NCBI GenBank assembly: GCA_963704755.1
Contig: OY969938.1
Span: 3,570,001-3,602,000, forward strand
Direction of reading: 5' to 3'
DNA: 32,000 nt
Source: an uncultured Chloroflexia bacterium
Lineage (GTDB): Bacteria > Chloroflexota > Anaerolineae > Anaerolineales > Anaerolineaceae
Shown: one piece after another, positions 14,149-22,595 of the stretch
Position numbering within the stretch: the first letter of the stretch is position 1
How the letters are laid out: each line of letters opens with the position of its first letter
Program-made: the position numbers and the translations under genes
Notes under the pieces: model-generated
Told to the model about the DNA's origin: nothing
The model's input: the letters and a program-made list of their open reading frames with translations, nothing else
Databases searched by the model: none

Positions 14149-14808
14149 TCAGGTCTGATCCCGCCGGACGATGCCTTCCTGCCAGGCGTACACGGCCGCC
14201 TGGGTGCGATCGCTAAGGTGCAGCTTGGTGAGCAGGTTGGTGATGTGAGTCTTGACCGTCTTTTCGCTGATTACCAGGACCTCGGCGATCTCGTGATTGC
14301 TCTTGCCGGCGGCAATCTGGCGCAGAACTTCCATCTCGCGGTCGGTCAGTTCGCTGAATGGGTTGACCGCCTCGTCACGCGGGCCATGCAGCTCCTTGAC
14401 CAGGCGGGTGGCCACCCGCGGATTGATGACCGCTTCGCCGGCGTTGGCGCGGCGGATGGCTTCGGCCAGCTCGTCGGGGTCGATGTCTTTGAGCACGTAC
14501 GAAAGCGCCCCGGCGCGGATGGCCGGGAAGATGTGCTCGTCCTCGTGGTAGGAGGTCACCACGATTACCTGGGTGTGCGGGCTGACCTTTTTAACCTGGC
14601 GGGTAGCCTCCACACCGTCCATGCCGGGCATGAGCAGGTCCATCAGGATCACATCCGGAGTCAGTTCGGCGGCCAGGCGTACGGCCTCTTCCCCGCTGGC
14701 TGCTTCTCCTATTACCTGGATGTCCGGTAGGGTGGAGAAGTAGGCCTTCAGCCCCATGCGGACCATGTTGTGGTCATCTACCAGGATGATCCGGATGACA
14801 TTTTCCAT
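14149..14808 (-). CDS. Two-component response regulator, NarL/LuxR (FixJ) family.
   Basis: Receiver domain motifs are present: ILVDDH, the phospho-acceptor context [12 protein letters not shown], and VLKD. The C-terminal LuxR-type HTH reads [48 protein letters not shown] lies upstream inside the end of the kinase gene, and only 2 nt separate the two genes. Confidence 0.95.
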   Translation of the reverse strand: MENVIRIILVDDHNMVRMGLKAYFSTLPDIQVIGEAASGEEAVRLAAELTPDVILMDLLMPGMDGVEATRQVKKVSPHTQVIVVTSYHEDEHIFPAIRAGALSYVLKDIDPDELAEAIRRANAGEAVINPRVATRLVKELHGPRDEAVNPFSELTDREMEVLRQIAAGKSNHEIAEVLVISEKTVKTHITNLLTKLHLSDRTQAAVYAWQEGIVRRDQT

Positions 14809-14810
14809 GG

Positions 14811-16310
14811 CTATGGTTGCTCCTGTCTTGAGACGGGGACGCTGGCCGTGACGGTTGCCCGGCCGTCCGGCCCGGTTTGGATGATCAACTGGCCCTGGAT
14901 GGCGGCCATACGGTCACGCATGCTTTGCAGGCCAAAACCGCTGTCAGCGGTGGATAAATCGAAGCCGACACCGTTGTCGCTGACCCGCAGGACGACCAGG
15001 TCCGGGTCGAAAACCAGGCGGACGCTGGCGGCTGTGGCGCGGCTGTGGCGGGCAACGTTGGAAAGGGCTTCCTGGGCCACGCGGAAGAGGGTTTGTTCGG
15101 TTTCCAAAGGCAGGCGTCGTTCGTTCTGCACCTGGATTTCGGCCGGGATGCGCGAATGCTGCGACCAGCTATCCAGGTAGTCACTCAGCGCGCTGGTAAG
15201 TCCCTGGCCTTCCAGCGCAGCCGGGCGCAGCTCGGAGATAATCTGTCCAAGCTCTTGCTGAGAGGTTTTGATCAGGTCTTCGGCCTGGTCCAGGCGCTCC
15301 CGGGCCGCGGATGGGTCGTGGTCGAGCAGGTTTTTGGCTGCGCGGACCTGCATCAAGGTGGCAAAGGTCTCTTGTTTGACCGTATCGTGCAGTTCACGGG
15401 CCAGACGGTTACGTTCCTCCAGCAGAGTCAGCTCCTGCTGGGTGTGCAGCAATGCCTGGACGTGCTCGGCCATGCGGCGCATGCGCATGCCCAGGTAGCT
15501 GATCTCGTCCTGCGAGCGGTCCTGCTGTGGCTGCACGTTGAAATTGCCTTCACTCCAGGCATCGGCGGCCTGGGTGAGGGCCTTGAGGCGACGGGTAAGG
15601 CCGCGCGACATGATAAACCCGAACAGGGCTCCGAACGGCACCACCGCCAGCAGCAGGATGAACGCGGTAGTGACCACAATCCCCAGGACGGTTGGCCACC
15701 ATTCGCTGATGCTGGCCGGCGGCGCTTTGACGGTCAGGATAATGATCGCGGCCAAAGGACCTTCGCCCTGGCTTTGCCGCACCGGCACGGCCATGAGATA
15801 GTTCCCGTCCGGCTGGACCGCCGAGACCTGGCCGGGGAGCAGATCCAACTGGAGGGCATTTTCAAGGATGTCTTTGCTGCGGCCCACGTCGGCGGGTGGG
15901 CTGTATTTGCGCCCGACCAGGCTCCTGGCGCTGTCGGGGGCGGCCGCCAGGACGATCTCGTCCGGGGAAATCACGTACATCGGGTCGCCTTTGATAATCT
16001 GGGCAGCCGGGCTGTCAAAAAGGCCCTCGGGCGGCAGGCTGGCGTAGCCGCTATCGTAGGTGGCTTGCAGCCAGGCCTGCAAGCCGGCCGGGTCGTTTGC
16101 GCCCGGTTGCAGGTAGGAACGTGCCTGGGGGGCAAGGACGGAGACCACGTCGGAGAGATAAGCCAGGGTGTCGGTGTTTAGCCCGCGGGCAAACACGATG
16201 ACGATGAACAGAATCGTAATCTCCAGGGCCATCAGCGCCAGAACCGTCACGGATGTGTAGGTCAGAATCAGTCTTCCCCGCAGGGATTGGAAAAAAGCGC
16301 GCATACGCAT
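14811..16310 (-). CDS. Membrane sensor histidine kinase, HisKA_3 (NarX/LiaS/DesK-type), with an extracytoplasmic sensor domain of about 170 aa and a HAMP domain.
   Basis: It has two TM helices (aa ~13-40 and ~205-232) followed by a HAMP-like segment. The H-box is LARELHDTVKQ, the N-box QEALSNVARHS, G1 DNGVGF and G2 GFGLQSMRDR. Confidence 0.93.
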   Translation of the reverse strand: MRMRAFFQSLRGRLILTYTSVTVLALMALEITILFIVIVFARGLNTDTLAYLSDVVSVLAPQARSYLQPGANDPAGLQAWLQATYDSGYASLPPEGLFDSPAAQIIKGDPMYVISPDEIVLAAAPDSARSLVGRKYSPPADVGRSKDILENALQLDLLPGQVSAVQPDGNYLMAVPVRQSQGEGPLAAIIILTVKAPPASISEWWPTVLGIVVTTAFILLLAVVPFGALFGFIMSRGLTRRLKALTQAADAWSEGNFNVQPQQDRSQDEISYLGMRMRRMAEHVQALLHTQQELTLLEERNRLARELHDTVKQETFATLMQVRAAKNLLDHDPSAARERLDQAEDLIKTSQQELGQIISELRPAALEGQGLTSALSDYLDSWSQHSRIPAEIQVQNERRLPLETEQTLFRVAQEALSNVARHSRATAASVRLVFDPDLVVLRVSDNGVGFDLSTADSGFGLQSMRDRMAAIQGQLIIQTGPDGRATVTASVPVSRQEQP

Positions 16311-16367
16311 CTTGTTTTCTTGGAACTCTTGTTGCTGCTCAACGGATCAGGTAAGAACCCCGGAATC

Positions 16368-16402
16368 GAGGTGTTCGCGGTCTAGGTCTCTGCGAACACC
16401 TC
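16368..16402 (-). promoter_or_regulatory. Stable hairpin in the 106-nt spacer between the permease and kinase genes. It may act as an attenuator, a partial terminator or an RNA-processing site.
   Basis: The stem GAGGTGTTCGC / GCGAACACCTC is a perfect 11 bp with a 13-nt loop. No U-tract follows it on the minus strand (GATTCCGGGG), so it is not a canonical intrinsic terminator. Confidence 0.4.
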
Positions 16403-16416
16403 AATCCGAAGGTCAT

Positions 16417-18897
16417 TTATATTCGATCGTTCAAGATAACCACAGGCAGGACGCGGGTGGGGGCCCAACTGACGCCCAGGGCGGTCAGCAAGGTTAAACC
16501 CAGGCCGCAGACGAAGACAAACGCGAGGGAGGGCAGGTTCAGCACTAGAACAGCCGCTGATAGGTTACTGGCCAGGGCCGTCACTGCCAGCAGCCCCTGA
16601 ATGATAAGTACTCCCGCGCCGGTGGCCAACAAACCGACCAATCCATATTCTACCGCGAAGATGGAAAGAATCTGGCGGCGAGTGTAGCCCACCGTTTTGA
16701 GAATGCCGATTTCGTAGCGGCGGTCGAGCATGGCCAGGCTGACCGAGTTGGCCACCAGCAAGAAACCCGCCAGCAGAGCCAGGCCGGCCATGGCCATGGC
16801 CAGGACGAACAGGTTGCGGTAGCTTTGCATAAAGCGGGCGGCATAAGCCACCAGGTTGACCACGGTCGCCTGGGGTAGTGCGGCGCCCAGGGCGGTAACC
16901 GTCCGGTCGAGATGGGCGGAGTTGACCTGGACAAAATAAGTGAGCGCATCCGGCTGGGCGACCCGGGCAAACGCCTGGGTGGTCATCAACAGGCCGGTGG
17001 GCGGGAAGATATCCGCCGAGGGGAAATTGACGTCATAGGTGCCGACCACCGTGAAGGTTTTGGTGGTGCCGTCGCGGAAGGTGGCCTGCACCTGGTCACC
17101 GGCAGACAAGTTGGCCCATTTGTAGGCGTATACACCGTCCGGCTGGCTTCCCCAGGCTGCCCCGTTGAGAACGAAGTCCTGCGGGTCGCTGCGGCCCACC
17201 AGAACCGCTTCCATCGGGCTGAGCGAATCGCTGCGGCCGACCGCGCGGATGCCCGCCAGGGTAGTCTGGTAACCCACGTCCACTTTTTCGGGTTTTTGCG
17301 CCTGGACCGCCTGTTGAATGGCGCTTTCCTGGCCGGCCGCAGCCAGGATATTCAGGTTGTAGCCCTTTACCGTAATCGACTGATTGGAGATGCGGCTGTT
17401 GGTCGTTTGGGTCACCACCATGCCCAGGCTCATCGAGAGGACGCCGATGAACAGGGCGATCATGGCAAAGACCAGGGCCGCACCGCGCCGTTGCAGGCTA
17501 TGCAGGGCCATCCGCGCCAGGGGAAAGTTGTGCAGGGGCAGGATGCGGGTGCAGACCCACAGCAGCCCGCTGAAAAAGCCGCCCAACAGGGCAATGCCAA
17601 TGACGATACCGGCGAGCACGCCGATCCCGGATAGGACCGACTTCATCACCAGGCTGGTGAGGATGGTAAACGGTATGGCCAGGAGCAGCGCCAACCCGAT
17701 AGATTGGCAGCCGGTGGATCTTTGTACGTTGATCGGCTCGTTGCGCAGCAGCGTCATGGGCCTGGCCTGGCTGGAGATGACGATGGCCCAGGAGGCGAAG
17801 ATCACGGTAGTCAGCGTGCCTACCAGCACCCCCATCAAGGGTGGGGTGAGCGAGAAGGTCCACTGGTACAACATGGTCGAGGTTCCGCGGAACACCTTGA
17901 GCAGCCCGGTACTGACCAGCACCCCTAACACGGCCCCGATCAGGCTGCCGGCCAGGCCGAGCAGGCCTGCCTCGAGCGAAAAGATCAGGCGCAGGTGACC
18001 TTCGCGATAGCCCAGCGTCTTCCAGATGGCAATCTCGTGCTGGCGGCGGCGCATCAACACCTGCATGGTGTTGGCAATACCGATTCCGCCGACCAATAAG
18101 CCGAGGATGCCGGCGCCGCGCAGGCCGATCAGCCACAGGTTGCCGGCCTTGTCTGCATCGCGGGCAGCAGCCCAATCCACCGACCAGCCGGTGTTTTCCA
18201 GTTCGGTCGCGAGCGTATCGGCTTGCGGCGAATTGACGATGACCGTGTTGATCACCGCCTGGTTATTGGACAGCGCCCTGGCCGTCTCGAGCGAGTAATA
18301 GATTTTGTCTCCCTGGTGGTTGGGCGTGTCGTAGGCTATCCCACGTACGGTGCCCTGCACGGGAAGGCCGGTGTTCAGATCGGCCAGGACGATCGAGTCA
18401 CCTACCTGGAGATGGTTACTTTCGGCCAGGTCGCGGGTGATGACCAAGTCCCCGACTTGTTGGATCAGGGTGGGCAGGCCCACGTTGCCCGGCTCGCGGA
18501 TGGTCAATGAGCCGGCCAGGGGGTACTTGGCCGGCTCGATGCCCAGGCTGGTGCCGACGAAGTGCATTTCGCTCGAGCCGGAAGTGTGGAACATGACCGA
18601 GGAGGAGAAGGCGATCAAGGTATAGTCGCTGATCTCGCCGCGCTGCTCGAGCGAATTGAGCTGGTCGATATCTTCGGGGCGGACGGTGTCCTCGGTGGTG
18701 CGTCCCATGCTGATGTCACCGCCAATGACCTGGTTGGCATCCATCACGACGGCGCTTTCGATAGATTTGGCCAGCATGGTCATGGCCACCAGGGCCATGA
18801 TTCCAAAGGTGATGCACAACAGGGCCACCAGCACGCGCTGGCCGCCGCGGCGCAGGTCGAGAAAGGCCAGGCGGATGAAATGGAAAAGGGTGATCAC
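16417..18897 (-). CDS. ABC transporter permease with two FtsX/MacB-type domains (826 aa, about 10 TM, two large extracytoplasmic domains).
   Basis: The architecture is TM1, a ~210-aa loop, three TM (FtsX domain 1), three further TM, a second ~200-aa loop, then three TM (FtsX domain 2). The typical segments HEIAIWKTLGYREGHL and YEIGILKTVGYTRRQI precede the last helices of each half. The GTG start at 18897 overlaps the upstream stop (GTGA). Confidence 0.9.
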   Translation of the reverse strand: MITLFHFIRLAFLDLRRGGQRVLVALLCITFGIMALVAMTMLAKSIESAVVMDANQVIGGDISMGRTTEDTVRPEDIDQLNSLEQRGEISDYTLIAFSSSVMFHTSGSSEMHFVGTSLGIEPAKYPLAGSLTIREPGNVGLPTLIQQVGDLVITRDLAESNHLQVGDSIVLADLNTGLPVQGTVRGIAYDTPNHQGDKIYYSLETARALSNNQAVINTVIVNSPQADTLATELENTGWSVDWAAARDADKAGNLWLIGLRGAGILGLLVGGIGIANTMQVLMRRRQHEIAIWKTLGYREGHLRLIFSLEAGLLGLAGSLIGAVLGVLVSTGLLKVFRGTSTMLYQWTFSLTPPLMGVLVGTLTTVIFASWAIVISSQARPMTLLRNEPINVQRSTGCQSIGLALLLAIPFTILTSLVMKSVLSGIGVLAGIVIGIALLGGFFSGLLWVCTRILPLHNFPLARMALHSLQRRGAALVFAMIALFIGVLSMSLGMVVTQTTNSRISNQSITVKGYNLNILAAAGQESAIQQAVQAQKPEKVDVGYQTTLAGIRAVGRSDSLSPMEAVLVGRSDPQDFVLNGAAWGSQPDGVYAYKWANLSAGDQVQATFRDGTTKTFTVVGTYDVNFPSADIFPPTGLLMTTQAFARVAQPDALTYFVQVNSAHLDRTVTALGAALPQATVVNLVAYAARFMQSYRNLFVLAMAMAGLALLAGFLLVANSVSLAMLDRRYEIGILKTVGYTRRQILSIFAVEYGLVGLLATGAGVLIIQGLLAVTALASNLSAAVLVLNLPSLAFVFVCGLGLTLLTALGVSWAPTRVLPVVILNDRI

Positions 18898-19625
18898 GCG
18901 CTCACCTCGCCCAGCGGAACCAGGGTGGATTGGGTCACCGGCGATTCAGCGTCCACCAGGCGGCCATCGACGATGTGCAGCCGGCGGCCGGCGCGCGCCG
19001 CGATGGCCAGGTCGTGGGTGACCATGATAACCGTCAGGCCAAGCTGTCCGCGTAGCTGCTGGAGCAGGTCGAGCACCTGCTTGCTGGTGGTGGTATCCAG
19101 ATTACCGGTGGGCTCGTCGGCGAGCAGGATTTGAGGGCCGCACACCAGGGCGCGGGCAATGGCCACGCGCTGCTGCTCGCCGCCGGAAAGCTGGTTCGGA
19201 AAGTGACTCGTGCGCCCGCCCAGGCCGACCTGCTCGAGCATGGCTGCGGCCAAAGCCCGGGCCTGCCTCCGTTGGGGGTGGATGTAGAGCGGTGCTTCGA
19301 CGTTCTCGAGGGCGGTCATGGTGGGGATCAGGTGGAAGGATTGGAATACCACGCCGATCTTCTCGTTGCGCAGGCGCGCCAGGCGTCCTTCGGGCAGGGC
19401 GCTGATCTCGACCCCTTCGATGTAGACCTTGCCTTCGGAAGGCCGGTCGATGCCGGCCAGGATGCCCAGCAGGGTGGATTTGCCCGAGCCGGAGGGGCCG
19501 GTGAGGGCCAGCCAGGCCCCGGCTTCGACCGCGAAAGAAATCCCGTTGAGGATGTGCAGCTCGCGCCCGCCCTGGGGCAGGTGACGCTGGATGTTCTCGA
19601 CCTGGACGATGGTGTTATGCGACAT
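18894..19625 (-). CDS. ABC transporter ATP-binding protein, MacB/LolD-like.
   Basis: Walker A is GPSGSGKST, the Q-loop VFQ, the signature LSGGEQQR, Walker B LLADEPTGNLD and the H-loop VTHD. I place the start at the ATG at 19625 (MSHNTIVQVENI...), which has a perfect AGGAGG 6 nt upstream. The track ORF extension to 19787 has no domain content. Confidence 0.93.
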   Translation of the reverse strand: MSHNTIVQVENIQRHLPQGGRELHILNGISFAVEAGAWLALTGPSGSGKSTLLGILAGIDRPSEGKVYIEGVEISALPEGRLARLRNEKIGVVFQSFHLIPTMTALENVEAPLYIHPQRRQARALAAAMLEQVGLGGRTSHFPNQLSGGEQQRVAIARALVCGPQILLADEPTGNLDTTTSKQVLDLLQQLRGQLGLTVIMVTHDLAIAARAGRRLHIVDGRLVDAESPVTQSTLVPLGEVSA

Positions 19626-19799
19626 ACTTACCTCCTGTAATCGAATCATCAAAAATCCATGAAGAGGGGATTTTGATGAGGAGAGTATAAGGCGAGCCGC
19701 ACCGGAGCGGCTCGGTCGCTGGTCTGAGAAACAGTAGGCCCTGGGGTGGAGATTTTGGAGGGCAAAACGGGATTCTTTCTGGTGCAAATCAAGAAATGG

Positions 19800-19827
19800 T
19801 TGAACTAGATCGAGCCTGTGCTATAAT
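19800..19827 (+). promoter_or_regulatory. Near-consensus sigma70 promoter with an extended -10, in front of the AAA+ ATPase gene.
   Basis: TTGAAC (19800-19805) is followed by a 16-nt spacer ending TGc, then TATAAT (19822-19827). The ATG at 19867 lies 40 nt downstream. Confidence 0.5.
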
Positions 19828-19866
19828 CGATAAGGAAATCGTAATTATCATAATTTGGATTTCCTT

Positions 19867-21273
19867 ATGGGAGAAACCGTGTTCGTCAATCGTGTCGCTG
19901 AACTTGAACTGCTGGAAAAACGGTTCGCCTCGGGTAAGGCGGAATTTTTTGTGCTGTATGGCCGGCGGCGGGTAGGCAAAACAGAACTCCTGACCCATTT
20001 CTGTGAAGGCAAACGGGCGATATTCTTTGTTTCCGATCTGGGTTCAGAATTGTCCTTACGAACGTCCCTTTCTGCGGCGGTGAATGCCGTTTTGTTTGGC
20101 CCGGAGCAGATCAATGCAGTCTATTCCACCTGGGAAGACCTCTTCCTGGCCATGGGGCGGGCCGCCCAAACTGTACGCCTGGTCGTGGTGCTGGATGAGT
20201 TTCCGTACATGGTGACGGCTCACCCGCCGCTGGCTTCCATTTTGCAGCGAGTGTGGGACCAAACCTTGAAGAACACCCAGATGATGCTGATCCTGTGCGG
20301 TTCCTACATCGGCATGATGGAGGAGACGGTGTTGGGCTACCGGGCGCCGCTCTATGGCCGGCGGACGGGCCAATATCTGCTGGAGCCGCTGCAATTCAAA
20401 GATGCCCGGCTGTTTTATCCGGGTTTCAGCCCGGAAGACCAGGTGCGGGCTTACGCCGTTTTTGGCGGAACTCCGGCTTATTTGAATACGATCGAGGCAA
20501 GAAGCTCTTTGAAGGAGAATATTCTGGATGGCATTTTTAGCCGGGGTGCCTTCCTCTACGATGAAGTGCGTTTCGTCTTGCAGCAGGAACTGCGCGAGCC
20601 GCGCAATTATTTTGCGATATTGCAGGCCATTGCGGCCGGGAAAACCCGCCTGAACGAGATCAAACAGGCCACCGGTATCGAGGGAGCCACGGCGTACCTG
20701 GATACCTTGCAGCAGCTCCATCTGGTGGAGCGCGTGGTACCGGTCACCGAAACGCAGCCGCAAAAAAGCCGGCGAGGAATCTACCGGCTGAAAGATCAGT
20801 ACCTGCGCTTCTGGTTTCGCTATGTGTTACCCAACCGTTCACAGCTCGAACGGGGCGGGGGCCAAATACTCCTGGAGAGCCAGGTGCTGCCTGAGATCGA
20901 CCACTTTTCCAGCCTGGCCTTCGAAGAAATTTGCCAGCAGTATTTCTGGCAAGCCGGTTTAGCCGGAGACCTACCGTTTGTGCCGGTAAACATTGGAAAA
21001 TGGTGGCGGGGCAATGAAGAAGTGGGCCTGGTCGTGCTGGGTGGGACCGAGGCGATCCTGGTGGAGTGTAAATGGACCAGCAAACCGGTGGGGGTGGATA
21101 TTCTGGCGGATTTGCAACGGAAAGCCGGCCTGGTGCAGCCCGAATTGGGAGAACGCAAGATCCGATTGGGGTTATGCGCCCGTTCCGGTTTTACGTCTCA
21201 ACTGGTCAACGGTGAAAAGAGACCCTCAAACCTGATTCTCCTGGATTTACCGGATCTTTTGGGGAACGATTGA
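19867..21273 (+). CDS. AAA+ ATPase (archaeal-ATPase/ATPase_2-like) with a winged-helix region and a C-terminal DUF234 / PD-(D/E)xK-like module.
   Basis: The N-terminus FVNRVAELELLEKRF is typical of the family. Walker A is GRRRVGKT (19960-19983) and Walker B is VVVLDEFPY. The C-terminus contains ...NEEVGLVVLGGTEAILVECKW... (about 21013-21075), which includes an E-x-K motif. The track ORF starts at TTG 19855; the ATG at 19867 (MGETVF...) is preferred. Confidence 0.85.
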   Translation: MGETVFVNRVAELELLEKRFASGKAEFFVLYGRRRVGKTELLTHFCEGKRAIFFVSDLGSELSLRTSLSAAVNAVLFGPEQINAVYSTWEDLFLAMGRAAQTVRLVVVLDEFPYMVTAHPPLASILQRVWDQTLKNTQMMLILCGSYIGMMEETVLGYRAPLYGRRTGQYLLEPLQFKDARLFYPGFSPEDQVRAYAVFGGTPAYLNTIEARSSLKENILDGIFSRGAFLYDEVRFVLQQELREPRNYFAILQAIAAGKTRLNEIKQATGIEGATAYLDTLQQLHLVERVVPVTETQPQKSRRGIYRLKDQYLRFWFRYVLPNRSQLERGGGQILLESQVLPEIDHFSSLAFEEICQQYFWQAGLAGDLPFVPVNIGKWWRGNEEVGLVVLGGTEAILVECKWTSKPVGVDILADLQRKAGLVQPELGERKIRLGLCARSGFTSQLVNGEKRPSNLILLDLPDLLGND

Positions 21274-21314
21274 ACAAAAAGGATAAACCAAAGGGGTCGC
21301 CGCCCGTATTCGCC

Positions 21315-21500
21315 TCAAAGGTCGATGCGCAGCCATTTTTCCAGTTGGGCCAGGGCGTGTTGCCCCCGGTTCGGATCGCTGGCTACCCAGAGGCTGGCGC
21401 CTTCCAGCATGGTGTTGATTGCCAGGGCGGTGTCTTCGGAATTCAATTCCCCTGGCCAGGCGCCTAGTTCGATTTCCTCGCGAAAAATGTCGGCCAGCAT
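21315..21500 (-). pseudogene. Possible remnant of a TetR/AcrR-family regulator (C-terminal ligand-domain fragment only).
   Basis: The 61-aa ORF MLADIFREEIELGAWPGELNSEDTALAINTMLEGASLWVASDPNRGQHALAQLEKWL resembles the last helices of TetR-family proteins. None of the three upstream minus-strand frames contains an HTH, and an in-frame TAG lies two codons upstream. Confidence 0.3.
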
Positions 21501-21620
21501 TTCCTACCGAGCAAGATGATATGGCCGCTTTTGGCGACAATATTGGCGGCCTGGTCCTGCTGCTGCCTTTCTTTGTGTTTGCACTAATCTATTACATTCG
21601 GGTTGGCCGTTCGATTTCGA

Positions 21621-21646
21621 CCCTGGAGGACCAGGGTTGAGGTTTT
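21621..21646 (+). terminator. Terminator-like hairpin 70 nt upstream of degV.
   Basis: The sequence is CCCTGG AGGA CCAGGG followed by TTGAGGTTTTG. It overlaps the stop codon of a 39-codon hydrophobic ORF (21521-21640). Confidence 0.35.
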
Positions 21647-21715
21647 GCAGTAACTTCTGTAACCTCTGCTTCCCCTGCGGGTTATAACCTGAAACCCTAC
21701 CTCGCGGAGAACCCC

Positions 21716-22573
21716 ATGCCCAAAATTGCGATCATCACCGACACCGATTCCAGCCTGCCAACCGACCTGGCCGAACGCCACGCCATCCAGCAGGTTCCCA
21801 TTACCATTCACTTCGATGGGGAAAGCTATACCTGTGGGATCGATATCGACGACCGGCGCCTGTTCGAAATTGTGGATCGTACTCACAAGCTGCCCACAAC
21901 CGCCGCGCCAACGCCGGATGCCTTTGCGAAGTCTTTTCAACAGGCATTCGACCTAGGGGCGGCGACCATCTTGTGCTTTTGCGTGTCGAGCCAGATGAGC
22001 TCTACCTATCAATCCGCCCGCCTGGCAGCCGAGGGCTTTTCCGGCAAAGATATTCGTGTAGTCGATTCACAAACCCTCTCGATGGCGCAGGGATTTATGG
22101 CCATTGCGGCGGCGGAAGTCGCGCAAGCGGGCGGGTCGGTGGAAGATGCGCTGGCCCAGGCCACCAGCGTGGGCCGGCGGTTGAGCTTGTATGCGGTGCT
22201 TTCTACATTAAAATACCTGGCCATGAGTGGGCGGGTAGGCAAGGTCGCCGCCGGGATGGCCGATACGCTCAACATTAAGCCGATCCTGACCGTGGACGAC
22301 GGCAAGCTGGTGCTGCTGGAAAAAGTCCGCACCCAAAACAAGGCGATCGAAAGGATGATGGCTTTGGTGAGTGAGAGACTGAACGGCAAGGGGGTCGAAC
22401 GGGTCGCCGTGCTGCACATCAACGATTACGAGCGGGCCTGCGCTTTCCGGGAAAAGTTGTGCAGTGAGTTCGCTTTTCGGCTTGAGGCGACTTTGATCAC
22501 CGAATTTACACCGGGGCTATCCGTCCATGCCGGCTCGGGTGTGGTCGGTGTGGTTGTCTTGCGGGCAAACTAA
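21716..22573 (+). CDS. DegV family fatty-acid-binding protein.
   Basis: The full length (285 aa) shows DegV-like sequence: IAIITDTDSSLP..., ...TAAPTPDAF..., ...CVSSQMSSTYQSA..., ...LKYLAMSGRVGK.... GGAGA lies 6 nt upstream of the ATG. Confidence 0.9.
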   Translation: MPKIAIITDTDSSLPTDLAERHAIQQVPITIHFDGESYTCGIDIDDRRLFEIVDRTHKLPTTAAPTPDAFAKSFQQAFDLGAATILCFCVSSQMSSTYQSARLAAEGFSGKDIRVVDSQTLSMAQGFMAIAAAEVAQAGGSVEDALAQATSVGRRLSLYAVLSTLKYLAMSGRVGKVAAGMADTLNIKPILTVDDGKLVLLEKVRTQNKAIERMMALVSERLNGKGVERVAVLHINDYERACAFREKLCSEFAFRLEATLITEFTPGLSVHAGSGVVGVVVLRAN

Positions 22574-22574
22574 G

Positions 22575-22590
22575 CCTACCTTTTGGTAGG
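22575..22590. terminator. Short hairpin in the 22-nt gap between the convergent degV and molybdopterin-subunit genes.
   Basis: The sequence is CCTACC TTTT GGTAGG. No flanking U-tract is present, so this is a weak call. Confidence 0.3.
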
Positions 22591-22595
22591 GCTGC

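Noticed and set aside
15045-16181. A 378-aa plus ORF antisense to the histidine kinase (also 14218..14730 and 14770..15180 antisense to the regulator and kinase).
   Set aside because: No domains are present, and these are typical high-GC antisense open frames. The minus-strand products carry complete kinase and regulator motif sets.
16912-18175. Several 200-240-aa ORFs on both strands inside the permease gene (16912..17634 +, 17384..17998 +, 17498..18175 -).
   Set aside because: They have Arg/Gly/Pro-rich composition. The 826-aa frame gives a coherent double-FtsX membrane topology.
19626-19787. A 54-codon N-terminal extension of the ABC ATPase in the track ORF.
   Set aside because: The extension has no domain content and crosses hairpins in the leader. 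The internal ATG at 19625 has a perfect AGGAGG and gives a standard-length NBD.
20056-20763. A 235-aa minus ORF antisense to the AAA+ ATPase gene.
   Set aside because: It has no motifs, whereas the plus-strand product has Walker A/B and family-typical N- and C-termini.
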